Shown piece after piece: positions 19,065 through 28,005 of a stretch of 64,000 bases of DNA. Source of the stretch: an uncultured Gemmatimonadales bacterium (GTDB taxonomy: Bacteria; Gemmatimonadota; Gemmatimonadetes; Longimicrobiales; Longimicrobiaceae); NCBI GenBank assembly GCA_963716255.1, contig OY970303.1, positions 640,001-704,000 of the forward strand, in the 5' to 3' direction. Below the pieces are notes generated by a model, which made no database searches, was not told the origin of the DNA, and was given only the letters and a program-made list of their open reading frames with translations. The translations under genes were made by a program, and so were the position numbers. The stretch's first letter is position 1, and the number at the start of each line of letters is the position of its first letter.

Positions 19065-19496
19065 ATGAGCGCCAAGGACGAAGCGCTGCGGCTGATCGGC
19101 GCGCTCCCCGGGGACGCGTCGTGGGACGACGTGGCCGCCGCGCTCAGCTCCCCCGCCTACGAGGCGGGGAGCACGCCGGTCCGGCGGGTGCGGGAGTTCC
19201 AGGCCTCGTACGGCCCCGCGCCGGACGCCGCGGCGCCGGCGCAGGCCCACACCGAAGCAGGGAGCAGCGAGATGGGCTACAGCGAGCGAATCACCATCCA
19301 GTCCGGAAAGCGCGGCGGCCGGCCGTGCGTGCGGGGCCTGCGCATCAGCGTCTACGACGTGCTCGGGTACCTGGCCGCGGGGATGTCCGAGGAAGCCATC
19401 CTCGCCGACTTCCCCGACCTGGAGCGCGCCGACGTGCGGGCCTGCCTCGCCTTCGCCGCGGACCAGGAGCGGAGGGTGGTGCGGGTCCCCGCGTGA
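19065..19496 (+). CDS. DUF433-family antitoxin with N-terminal extension (alternative start 19272)
   Basis: RITIQSGKRGGRPCVRGLRISVYDVLGYLAAGMSEEAILADFPDL is typical of DUF433; overlaps the next gene by GTGA. Confidence 0.85.
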   Translation: MSAKDEALRLIGALPGDASWDDVAAALSSPAYEAGSTPVRRVREFQASYGPAPDAAAPAQAHTEAGSSEMGYSERITIQSGKRGGRPCVRGLRISVYDVLGYLAAGMSEEAILADFPDLERADVRACLAFAADQERRVVRVPA

Positions 19497-19825
19497 GGCT
19501 GCTCCTGGACGAGAACCTGTCGTTCCGGCTGGCGGCGCTCCTCGCGGACGCCTTCCCCGGTACGGCGCACGTGCGCGACGTGGGGCTCTCCGGCGCGGAC
19601 GACGACGCGGTGTGGGAGCACGCGCGCGTCCACGGCCTGGCGGTCGCCTCCAAGGACTCGGACTTCCACGACCGCGCCCGGCTGCACGGCCCGCCCCCCA
19701 AGCTGGTGTGGATCCAGCGGGGGAACTGCTCCACCCGCGACATCGAGGCGATCCTCCGCCGCCACCGCGCCGACCTGGAGCGCTTCGACTCGGAGCGCGG
19801 GGCCGCGGTCCTCGTGCTGGCGTGA
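19493..19825 (+). CDS. DUF5615/PIN-like (VapC45-like) toxin
   Basis: VRLLLDENLS...DDAVW...SKDSDF...PPKLVWI motifs; translationally coupled to the DUF433 gene. Confidence 0.88.
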   Translation: MRLLLDENLSFRLAALLADAFPGTAHVRDVGLSGADDDAVWEHARVHGLAVASKDSDFHDRARLHGPPPKLVWIQRGNCSTRDIEAILRRHRADLERFDSERGAAVLVLA

Positions 19826-19895
19826 ACGGCCCCGCGTCCGTCCCCGCTTCCGCCGCACCTTCATCCTCTCGCCTTCCCCACCCGCCGGAGTAGCC

Positions 19896-20639
19896 ATGAA
19901 GGTGGAAGACTACGTGGGTGAAGTCCTCGGACAGCGGGGGCACCCCAACAGCTTCCCCAAGGAGCTGGTCCTCCCCGACGACCTCGTGGTCGGCTTCTCG
20001 GCGCTGTTCGTCGCGGGCGAAAAGGAGGCCCGCGAGTACGGCTGCAACCTCATCTACGAGGAGTCGCGCAACGAGCTGTCCAGGTCCCAGCGGTACGTGG
20101 GCGACATGAACAGCTGCCCCATCCGCACCATGATGCACTGGGAGAACTGCGCGGACGTGCACTGCCACCCGGCCGCATCCATCGGCGACGTGGACGGGTA
20201 CTCCCCGCATTCCATGGAAGACTTCCTTTCCTTCAGCGAGCAGACGCACAAGCCGCTCTTCATCCGCTTCGTCGTCTCGCACGACCGCATCTACGCCGCC
20301 GTGTACCGGAAGGGGCACACCCTCTACGACGCCCAGGGGATCGACGAGCTGCGCGGCAGGCTGGCGTACGAGATCGGGCAGTACTTCAAGTCGCGCTGCC
20401 CCGTGGGGGACGAGGAGCGCCTGGAGACGATCATGAAGGAGCAGGAGAAGGCGCGCCTGGTGGGGGAGGACGTGAACGACGCGGCCGCCCGGGTGGTGAT
20501 CGAGTTCAAGCGGCGGACCCCGGGGCTGGGCGAGTTCACGGCCGAGGCGACCACCAAGGCGTGCAAGCAGGTGGCGGCCCGGTACCGGTTCGGCTTCTAC
20601 GCGCGCAGCGGCACCTACACCCTGGCGCGGGTGGACTGA
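19896..20639 (+). CDS. hypothetical protein with JAB/MPN-like E...HxH...SxxD motif
   Basis: GGAG RBS; REYG ... VHCHP ... HSMED. Confidence 0.7.
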   Translation: MKVEDYVGEVLGQRGHPNSFPKELVLPDDLVVGFSALFVAGEKEAREYGCNLIYEESRNELSRSQRYVGDMNSCPIRTMMHWENCADVHCHPAASIGDVDGYSPHSMEDFLSFSEQTHKPLFIRFVVSHDRIYAAVYRKGHTLYDAQGIDELRGRLAYEIGQYFKSRCPVGDEERLETIMKEQEKARLVGEDVNDAAARVVIEFKRRTPGLGEFTAEATTKACKQVAARYRFGFYARSGTYTLARVD

Positions 20640-20673
20640 TGGGGCCGGTTTTACTGCAACGGCGTTGAAGGGC

Positions 20674-20831
20674 GGGTTCGGGCGTGCCCCCGGCTGCGCC
20701 GGGGTCGGGCTGCGGCTCCGTAACGCACGATACGACCGTGCGTAACGGAGGCGAGCCCCGGTGGAAACAGCCCCGCCGGGTCTCGCCGCTTCGCGCTCGC
20801 ATCCCTCACGCGGGCACCGCGCTGGCGCCCG
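20674..20831 (-). repeat. Family A multi-hairpin repeat (A2)
   Basis: Reverse complement aligns with family A. Confidence 0.9.
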
Positions 20832-20841
20832 CGAGGGTGGA

Positions 20842-20892
20842 CCCCCTCACCCCCTGGCCCCCCTCTCCCCCGCAAGCGGGGGAAAGGGGGAG
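20842..20892. repeat. Family C REP-like palindrome
   Basis: CCCCCTCACCCCC...CCCTCTCCCCCGCAAGCGGGGGAAAGGGGGAG. Confidence 0.75.
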
Positions 20893-20991
20893 AACGGCAC
20901 GGCGTCGTTGCCTTCAGCGCGCGTTCCCCTGACCCGCGCAAAGACGAGCGCCCCCAACCGGGATCCCCCGGTGAGGGCGCTTTTCGCAGTC

Positions 20992-21120
20992 GCGTGAGGG
21001 ATTACGGCCCGAAGGGGCGAGACCCGCGGGCAGTTTCGCGGGGCTCGACTCCGTTAGCGAGCGTTGTTTGCTCGCTTACGGAGCCGAAGCCCGACCCCGG
21101 CGCCAGCCGGGGGCACGCCC
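20992..21120 (+). repeat. Family A multi-hairpin repeat (A1)
   Basis: Aligns with the 5649 copy; H3 stem AGCGAGC/GCTCGCT. Confidence 0.9.
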
Positions 21121-21137
21121 ACATCAGCCGTAAGAAC

Positions 21138-21488
21138 TCACGCCGTCCCGTGACCGGTAAGCTGCTTGCCGCCCAGGATGTGCACGTGCAGGTGAGGCAC
21201 CGTCTGCCCCCCCTCGTCGCCGGTGTTGATGACCACGCGGTAGCCGCGCTCCGCCAGCCCCTCCTGCTCCGCGATGCGCCGCACCGCCAGCAGCAGCCGC
21301 CCGGCCAGCTCCGCGTCCTCCTCCTCCAGCTGCGCCAGCGAGGGGATGGGCTTGCGGGGGATCACCAGCACGTGCGTGGGCGCCGCCGGGTTGATGTCGC
21401 GGATGGCGACCAGGTGCTCGTCCTGGTAAACGAAGGTGCCGGGGATCTCCCCGTCGATGATCCTGCTGAAGATGGTTCGCTCGGCCAT
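21138..21488 (-). CDS. hinT: histidine triad (HIT) nucleotide-binding protein
   Basis: TIFSRII, DINPAAPTHVLVIP and GQTVPHLHVHILGG motifs. Confidence 0.93.
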   Translation of the reverse strand: MAERTIFSRIIDGEIPGTFVYQDEHLVAIRDINPAAPTHVLVIPRKPIPSLAQLEEEDAELAGRLLLAVRRIAEQEGLAERGYRVVINTGDEGGQTVPHLHVHILGGKQLTGHGTA

Positions 21489-21507
21489 GTTCGCTCGTCC
21501 GTCGTTG

Positions 21508-22392
21508 TCAGGGTGATCCAGCGGGGACCAGCAATGCGCTCCACCACTCCTCCTCCTCGTCCGTCCGCGCCACGCAGAACCCGGCCGCCTCGGCGTCGCG
21601 CACCACGTCCGCGTGCTCCGCGCGCAGGATGCCGCTGACGATGAGGCGCCCCTGGGGGGAGCCGCCCAGCGCCTCGCGAAAAGCGGGGAGGAGCGGCCGG
21701 ATGACGCTGCTGAGGATGTTGGCGAGGAGCAGGTCGAAGCGCCCCAGGCCCCGCAGGAGCGCGGGGTCGGCCATGGCTTCCACGATGCGCACCCGCCCCT
21801 CCACGCCGTTCAGCTCCAGGTTCTCGCGGGCGTTGAGGTTGGCGTCGGGGTCGTATTCCACCGCGACGGTCTCCCCCGCGCCCAGCCGCGACGCCGCGAT
21901 GGCCAGGATCGCCGAGCCGGAGCCCACGTCCAGCACCCGGTCGCCGGGGCGCAGCGCGCCGTCCAGCAGGCGCAGGCAGCCGCGCGTGGTGGCGTGCTCC
22001 CCGGTGCCGAAGGCCATCTGCGGGTCGATGTCGATCACCACCTGCCCCGCGGCGGCGTCCCACTCCGTCCAGGTGGGCTTCACCACCACGCGGTCGGTGA
22101 CCCGCCGCGGGCGCAGCCCCTCCTTCCACTTGCGGGCCCAGTCCTCGCTCTCCTGCCAGCGCCACGACACCTCGGGCCCCGCGCCCGCCGGCAGCTCCGC
22201 GGCCAGCCGGGCGCGCGCGTCCGCGGCGAAGGCCTCGGGGTCGTCCGGCGGGAGGAGGTAGGTGACCAGGGCGTCGCCGGTCTCCACCACGGCGGCGCCC
22301 CCCAGCGCGACGAGCCCCTCGGCGACCAGCGGAGCCAGGTCGGCCGAGGGGGCTCGCACGGACAGCACGAACCAGCGGTCGGGAGCGATCAA
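21508..22392 (-). CDS. prmA: ribosomal protein L11 methyltransferase
   Basis: [25 protein letters not shown] and ANIL motifs; TTG start overlaps the dnaJ stop. Confidence 0.92.
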   Translation of the reverse strand: MIAPDRWFVLSVRAPSADLAPLVAEGLVALGGAAVVETGDALVTYLLPPDDPEAFAADARARLAAELPAGAGPEVSWRWQESEDWARKWKEGLRPRRVTDRVVVKPTWTEWDAAAGQVVIDIDPQMAFGTGEHATTRGCLRLLDGALRPGDRVLDVGSGSAILAIAASRLGAGETVAVEYDPDANLNARENLELNGVEGRVRIVEAMADPALLRGLGRFDLLLANILSSVIRPLLPAFREALGGSPQGRLIVSGILRAEHADVVRDAEAAGFCVARTDEEEEWWSALLVPAGSP

Positions 22393-23549
22393 GCGGCGAA
22401 CGCTCCCTTGACCTTGTCCCAGAAGCCCTGGCGGCCCTTCCCTTCCCCGCCGGGGACGGGGCCCTCCAGCTGCGCCAGCTTCCGGAACAGCTCCTCCTGC
22501 TCGGGGGTGAGCTGCGTGGGCGTCCACACGTGCACCCGCACGTGCTGGTCGCCGCGCCCGCCGCCGCCCAGGTGCGGGAGCCCCTTGCCGCGCAGGGTGA
22601 GGGTGTTGCCGCTCTGCACCCCGGCGGGGACGCGCACCTTCTCGGAGCCCGCCACCGTGGGCACCTCCAGCTCCACGCCCAGCGCCGCCTGGCTGAAGGT
22701 GACCCCCAGGTCGTGCACCAGGTCGCTGCCGTCGCGGATGAAGCGCGGGTCGTCCTCCACCTCGATCACCACCACCACGTCGCCGCGGGGGCCGCCGCGG
22801 GGGCCGGCGTTCCCCTGCCCGCGCAGCGTCATGTAGTTGTCCGAGCTGACGCCCGCCGGGATGTCCACCTCCACGGTGCGGTCGGCGCGCTGCCGGCCGT
22901 CGCCCTGGCAGACCTTGCACGGGGTGCGGATGACCCGCCCCTCGCCCTGGCAGGTGGGGCACACGGTGGCGCTGACGAACTGCCCGAAGACGCTGCGCTG
23001 CACCCGCCGCACCTCGCCGGCTCCCTGGCAGGTGTCGCACGGCTCCGGCGGCGTGCCGCTGGCCGAGCCGGTGCCGGTGCACGTACCGCACGGGTCCAGC
23101 ACCTTGAGCTTGAGCTTGCGGTGCACCCCCGTGGCGACCTCGGGGAGCGTCACCTCCAGCTTGACACGCAGGTCGCGGCCGCGCTGCTGGGCCCCTCCGC
23201 GGCGGCGGCCCCCCTGCCCCCCGAACAGGTCGTCGAAGCCGCCGAAGCCGCCGAAGTCGCGCATGAAGATGTTCAGCGCGTCCTCGAAGCCGAAGCCGCC
23301 GCGCCCGCCGCCCGCCCCGGCGGCCGCGCCCTTGACGCCGGCGTGGCCGTAGCGGTCGTAGGCGGCGCGCTTCTGCGCGTCGCGGAGCACCTCGTACGCC
23401 TCGGTGGCCTCCTTGAACTTGTCCTCGGCCTCCTTGTCGCCGCCGTTGCGGTCCGGGTGGTACTGGAGGGCGAGCTTGCGGTACGCCTTCTTGATGGTCT
23501 CGCCGTCCGCGTCCTTGGCGACGGCGAGGATCTCGTAATAGTCTCTCAT
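22389..23549 (-). CDS. dnaJ: chaperone DnaJ
   Basis: J domain with HPD, G/F-rich region and four CxxCxGxG repeats. Confidence 0.97.
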   Translation of the reverse strand: MRDYYEILAVAKDADGETIKKAYRKLALQYHPDRNGGDKEAEDKFKEATEAYEVLRDAQKRAAYDRYGHAGVKGAAAGAGGGRGGFGFEDALNIFMRDFGGFGGFDDLFGGQGGRRRGGAQQRGRDLRVKLEVTLPEVATGVHRKLKLKVLDPCGTCTGTGSASGTPPEPCDTCQGAGEVRRVQRSVFGQFVSATVCPTCQGEGRVIRTPCKVCQGDGRQRADRTVEVDIPAGVSSDNYMTLRGQGNAGPRGGPRGDVVVVIEVEDDPRFIRDGSDLVHDLGVTFSQAALGVELEVPTVAGSEKVRVPAGVQSGNTLTLRGKGLPHLGGGGRGDQHVRVHVWTPTQLTPEQEELFRKLAQLEGPVPGGEGKGRQGFWDKVKGAFAA

Positions 23550-23586
23550 GTCCGATCTGGTTGAACGGCTTGAACTGCCTGGTTGT

Positions 23587-23732
23587 GGCGTGCCCCCGCT
23601 GGCGCGGGGTCGGGCTGCGGCTCCGAAACGCACGATAAAACTGTGCGTAACGGAGGCGAGCCCCGCGAAACTGCCCGCGGGTCTCGCCGCTTCGCGCTCG
23701 CATCCCTCACGCAGGCATCGTGCTGGCGTCCG
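23587..23732 (-). repeat. Family A multi-hairpin repeat (A2)
   Basis: Reverse complement aligns with family A. Confidence 0.9.
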
Positions 23733-23737
23733 TGAGG

Positions 23738-23871
23738 CCCCCCACCCCGGCGCTGCGCGCCACCCCTCCCCCGCAAGCGAGGGAGGAGACGACCGCACAG
23801 AGTCCAGCAGTTAGCCCCCTCTCCCAGAATTGGAAGAGGGTGGCGAGCCTCAAGCGAGCCGGGTGAGGGCC
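23738..23871. repeat. two family C REP-like palindromes
   Basis: 23738-23789 resembles the reverse complement of 11635-11687; 23815-23871 resembles the reverse complement of 11555-11611. Confidence 0.8.
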
Positions 23872-23880
23872 GTTTGCAGG

Positions 23881-23908
23881 CTGTTCCCTATTCCCTGTTC
23901 CCTATCCC
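23881..23908. repeat. 7-bp tandem repeat x4
   Basis: CTGTTCC CTATTCC CTGTTCC CTATCCC, directly after the hrcA stop. Confidence 0.75.
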
Positions 23909-24958
23909 TCAGGCCAGGAACTCGGAAACCAGCGTCGAGGTGTTCTCCACGAACGCGATCACGCGGTCGTAGGGCATCCGGGTGGGTCCGATCACCCCGA
24001 TGACGCCCTTGAGGTCGCCCACGTGGTACTCGGAGGTGACCACGGTGAAGCCGGCGAGCGCGGGGGTGCCGTGCTCCTCGCCGATGGTGACCTGGAGCCC
24101 CTGCGTCCCCACCCGGTCGCCCAGCACGCTCTGCAGCAGGTCGCGGCCGTCGATCAGCTCGATCAGGCCGCGCAGCTTCTCGCCGCTGGCGAACTCGGGC
24201 TGGTCGGCGAGCACGGAGGCGCGCCCCAAGTGCAGCTCGGCCGCCGGCGCCGGGGGCGAGTCGAACCACTCCTCCCCGGACTGCAGAAAGATGTTGAGCA
24301 GCTCCGAGGCAGGGTCGCCCGCCGCCACGCTGTCGCGCAGCCGCTGGGGGAGCGTCGCGCGGATCTCGCGCAGGGTGTGCCCCGCCAGCCGCTCGTTGAG
24401 GATGCGCGCCACCGGCGCCAGCGCCGAGGCCGGGACGGTCCCGGGGACGTCCACGTAGATGGTGCGCACCCCGCCCGCCCGCAGCGCCAGCACCAGCAGC
24501 ACCTTGCCCTCGGTGAGCGGGACCAGCTCCAGGCGCTCCAGCACCGCCGCGTCCAGCCGCGGGGCGATGGCGATCCCCAGCTCCTGGGTGAGGAGCCCCA
24601 GCACCTGCGCCGCCCGCCCCACCAGCCGCTCCACGCCCTGCCGCTCCGCCGCGGAGCCCAGCTCCAGGCGAATGGCGTTCAGGTCCGCGTCGGAAACGCG
24701 GGGCGCGCCGATGAGCGAGTCCACGAAGAACCGGTACGCGCGGTCGGTGGGAACCCGCCCCGCGGAGGTGTGCGGGTGGTACAGGTAGCCCTTTTCCTCC
24801 AGGTCGCTCATGGTGTTCCGCACGGTCGCCGGGGACACGCCGAGCCTGAACCGCCGGGTGAGCGTACGGCTCCCGGCGGGCTCTGCGGTCTCCACGTACG
24901 TGCGGATCACCGCGTCCAGGACGTGGTGCTCGCGCTCGCTGAGGGGTTCGCGTTGCAT
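23909..24958 (-). CDS. hrcA: heat-inducible transcription repressor HrcA
   Basis: SPATVRNTMSDLEE, HTSAGRVPTDRAYRFFVD and GVIGPTRMPY motifs. Confidence 0.96.
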   Translation of the reverse strand: MQREPLSEREHHVLDAVIRTYVETAEPAGSRTLTRRFRLGVSPATVRNTMSDLEEKGYLYHPHTSAGRVPTDRAYRFFVDSLIGAPRVSDADLNAIRLELGSAAERQGVERLVGRAAQVLGLLTQELGIAIAPRLDAAVLERLELVPLTEGKVLLVLALRAGGVRTIYVDVPGTVPASALAPVARILNERLAGHTLREIRATLPQRLRDSVAAGDPASELLNIFLQSGEEWFDSPPAPAAELHLGRASVLADQPEFASGEKLRGLIELIDGRDLLQSVLGDRVGTQGLQVTIGEEHGTPALAGFTVVTSEYHVGDLKGVIGVIGPTRMPYDRVIAFVENTSTLVSEFLA

Positions 24959-25042
24959 CTTGTGAGCGACGGATGAAATGCCGGCTGAAATGTGCCCGCA
25001 AGTGCCCGGATCGTCAAGCGACGCAGGCAGAAAGGATGCGCG

Positions 25043-26242
25043 TCAGGCGAGGGAGGCGTGGGCCCTTCCGGCCTCGGCCGCGGACGCCAGCTCCACCGCC
25101 AGGCGATCCAGGAGGAGCCACCCCTCGGCGCCGAGGCGCAGCGTGCCGCCGTCGCAGCGCGCCAGCCCGCGGCGGGTCCACGCGTCCGCGAGCGCGAGCT
25201 CCGCCGCGGAGGCGTGGGCCAGCGGGTAGCCGGCGTCGGTGCGCAGCAGCAGCCAGGCGCGCTCCAGCGTCGCCGCGGCCTCGTCCACGCGCTCCTCGTC
25301 CTCCACGGGGAGGCGGCCGGCGCGCAGCGAATCGCGGTAGTCGTCCCAGGAGCGCACGTTCCAGCGCCGCAGCGGCGTGTAGAAGGCGTGCGCCCCCGGC
25401 CCCAGCGCCGCGTAGGACGCGCCCGTCCAGTACACCCCGTTGTGGCGGGAGCGGCGGCCGGGGCGGCCGAAGTTGGACACCTCGTAGTGCCGGAAGCCCG
25501 CCTCCGTCAGCGTCCGGTGCGCCAGCAGGTACTCGTCGGCGTAGCGGTCCTCGTCGGCCAGCGTCTCGCGGCCCTCCTTGACCCAGCGCCCCAGCGGCGC
25601 CGCGGCCTCGGCGGTGAGGCCGTACAGCGACACGTGCTCCGGATCCAGCTCCAGCGCCCGCTCCAGGTCGGCGCCCCAGTCGCGCCCCAGCCGCTCCGGC
25701 AGCCCGAAGATCAGGTCCACGCTCACGTTGTCGAACCCCGCCGCGCGCGCCGCGAGCATGGCGCGCGCGGGCCCCTCCACGCCGTGCAGGCGCCCCATCC
25801 AGCGCAGCGCCTCCGGGTGGAAGGTCTGCGCGCCCAGCGAGATGCGGTTCACCCCCGCGGCCCGCCAGTCCGCCGCCAGCTCCGCGGTGAAGCTTTCCGG
25901 GTTCGCCTCGCACGTCCACTCCACCTCCGCCGGGTCCCACGTGGCGAAGGGCCGCAGCCGCTCCGCCAGCGCGGCCATGGCACCCGTGCCCAGCAGCGAC
26001 GGCGTCCCCCCGCCCACGTACAGCGTGTCCAGCCGCAGCGGCTCCGTCCAGCCGCGGTCCGCGGCCAGCAGCCGCATCTCCGTGGCGACGGCGTCCAGCC
26101 ACTCCTCCGTGGGCGCCTCGCGGGTGGCCTGCACGGCGAAGTCGCAGTACGAGCAGCGCCGCGTGCAGAAGGGCACGTGCACGTACAGCGACCGGGGTGG
26201 AGTGTCGCTCCCCTCGCCCCAGCCCGCGCGCTCCTCCGGCAT
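25043..26242 (-). CDS. hemW: radical SAM heme chaperone HemW (HemN-like)
   Basis: YVHVPFCTRRCSYCDF, GGGTPS, EANP, YEVSNF and HNGVYW motifs; start approximate. Confidence 0.9.
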   Translation of the reverse strand: MPEERAGWGEGSDTPPRSLYVHVPFCTRRCSYCDFAVQATREAPTEEWLDAVATEMRLLAADRGWTEPLRLDTLYVGGGTPSLLGTGAMAALAERLRPFATWDPAEVEWTCEANPESFTAELAADWRAAGVNRISLGAQTFHPEALRWMGRLHGVEGPARAMLAARAAGFDNVSVDLIFGLPERLGRDWGADLERALELDPEHVSLYGLTAEAAAPLGRWVKEGRETLADEDRYADEYLLAHRTLTEAGFRHYEVSNFGRPGRRSRHNGVYWTGASYAALGPGAHAFYTPLRRWNVRSWDDYRDSLRAGRLPVEDEERVDEAAATLERAWLLLRTDAGYPLAHASAAELALADAWTRRGLARCDGGTLRLGAEGWLLLDRLAVELASAAEAGRAHASLA

Positions 26243-26359
26243 CGTCGGCCCGTTTCCCGTCATGTGGCACGCAGCTCCGGTTCCCGGCGCGAACCCGTTG
26301 TCCGCGCCCGACCTACACGACACCGGCCGGCGCGATCCGTTCCGTGAACGGCAAAGGCA

Positions 26360-26410
26360 GGGTCGGGCGTGCCCCCGCTGGCGCGGGGTCGGGCATCGCG
26401 CTGGCGTCCG
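26360..26410 (-). repeat. Family A repeat, internally deleted copy
   Basis: 5' extension CGGACGCCAGCGCGATGCCCG joined directly to ACCCCGCGCCAGCGGGGGCACGCCC. Confidence 0.8.
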
Positions 26411-26556
26411 TCGGGGCCTCCCATCCGGCGGCCTGAGAGCCGCACGCCTCGCCCCCTATCCCCCGTGCCGGGGGAGGGGAATCTCCTCGCCGCGATCCCT
26501 GCCCTCGTCGTGTCGTTCTCCCCTCTCCCTTTCGCGACAGAGATCGGAGGGTGTCC

Positions 26557-27723
26557 TCAGCAGCGCCGGTAGCGCTTCCCCGGGAGCTGCTCCGCCGCGC
26601 CGCGCAGCTCCAGCCCGAGCAGCGCGGCCAGCACGCCGCCCGGCGCGAGCCCGGCCGCGGCGGCCACCTGGTCCACGTGCAGCGGCTCCGCGCCGAGCGC
26701 CGTCCACGCCTGCGCCTCGTCGGCCGACAGCCCTTCCGGCTGCACCGGCTCGGGCGGAGAGGTGTGGAAGCCCAGGTCGAGGGGCTGCCGCGAGGCAGCG
26801 GCACGGGCGACACGTCCCGAGGCGGCCCGGCCGACGCCGCGCAGCTCCTCCAGCACGTCGTCCGCCGACGTGACCAGCCGGGCGCCTTCCTTGAGGAGCT
26901 GGTTGGTCCCCGCGCTCATGGGCGAGCCGATAGGCCCCGGCACGGCGAACACCTCCTTGCCCTGCTCCAGCGCGTAGCCCACGGTGTGCTGCGCGCCGCT
27001 CTTCGCCGCCATCTCCACCACCAGCACGCCCTCGCTGAGCGCGGAGATCAGGCGGTTGCGGCGCGGGAAGTTGCCGGCGAGCGGCTCGGCACCGGGCGGC
27101 AGCTCGGTGACGAGCAGGCCGCGCTCGCGCATGGCCGCGAAGAGCCGCGCGTTGTCGCGGGGGTACGTCAGGTCGATGCCGTGCCCCAGCACCCCCACGG
27201 TCTCGCCGCCGGCGCCCAGCGCCCCGGCGTGCGCCGCCGCGTCGATCCCCTTTGCCATGCCGCTGACCACCGCGTACCCGGCGCGCGCCAGGTCGCCCGC
27301 CAGCTGCATGGCGGTCTGCCGCCCGTAGTCCGTGGGCTCGCGCGTCCCCACGATGCCCACGGCGGGGCTGCCCAGCAGTTCCAGCCGCCCGGCGGCGAAG
27401 AGCAGAAAGGGCGCGTCGGCGAGCACCCGGAAAGCGTCCGGGAACGCCAGGTCGTCCGACGTGACCGCCACCGCGCCCAGCTTCGCCAGCCGCTCCATGG
27501 CCTTTGCGGTGCGCTCCCGCGCCTCCGCCCCCGCCGCCGCGGCGACCCGCCCCGCCAGCTCCCCCCCGAAGCGCGGCAGCGCCGCCACCTCCGTCGCCGT
27601 CGCCCCGAGCACGCGCTCCGCCGACCCGAAGTGCCTGAGCAGCTGTGCGACGCGGAGCGGCCCCACTCCGGGGACCATGTACAGGCGGAGGAGCGGCTCG
27701 AGCGCGGACGTGGAAAGAGGCAT
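26557..27723 (-). CDS. dprA: DNA-processing protein DprA (Smf)
   Basis: IVGTR, VSGMAKGID, FPRRNRLIS, VFAVPG and NQLLKEGA motifs. Confidence 0.95.
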   Translation of the reverse strand: MPLSTSALEPLLRLYMVPGVGPLRVAQLLRHFGSAERVLGATATEVAALPRFGGELAGRVAAAAGAEARERTAKAMERLAKLGAVAVTSDDLAFPDAFRVLADAPFLLFAAGRLELLGSPAVGIVGTREPTDYGRQTAMQLAGDLARAGYAVVSGMAKGIDAAAHAGALGAGGETVGVLGHGIDLTYPRDNARLFAAMRERGLLVTELPPGAEPLAGNFPRRNRLISALSEGVLVVEMAAKSGAQHTVGYALEQGKEVFAVPGPIGSPMSAGTNQLLKEGARLVTSADDVLEELRGVGRAASGRVARAAASRQPLDLGFHTSPPEPVQPEGLSADEAQAWTALGAEPLHVDQVAAAAGLAPGGVLAALLGLELRGAAEQLPGKRYRRC

Positions 27724-27801
27724 GGGGAGCAGAAGGAAGGAAGTGCGGAACGGCGGCGCGTGCGGCAGCGCGCAGAGACGGGGAGGACCGGGATAGGACC
27801 T

Positions 27802-27970
27802 GCCGTTCGCAGTTCCCGCAGTACCCCTCGAATCTTCTGCGGAGGGAGACTCACGCGGCTGTTTGCGTGAGGCTCCCGGAGCCGGAGCGGAGACAGCCGG
27901 GCAGTTTCGGCTGGCTCCGCGACCCGCGCAGGAGACGGACAGTAGTATCGTCCGGCTCCGGAGCGGACCC
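27802..27970 (+). repeat. Family B triple-hairpin repeat
   Basis: Three GAGAC-stem-loop-stem-GGCTC units; homologous to 42430-42595. Confidence 0.85.
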
Positions 27971-28005
27971 AAGCGCTGAACCGTCCGGAGCGGATCAGCA
28001 GCTCG

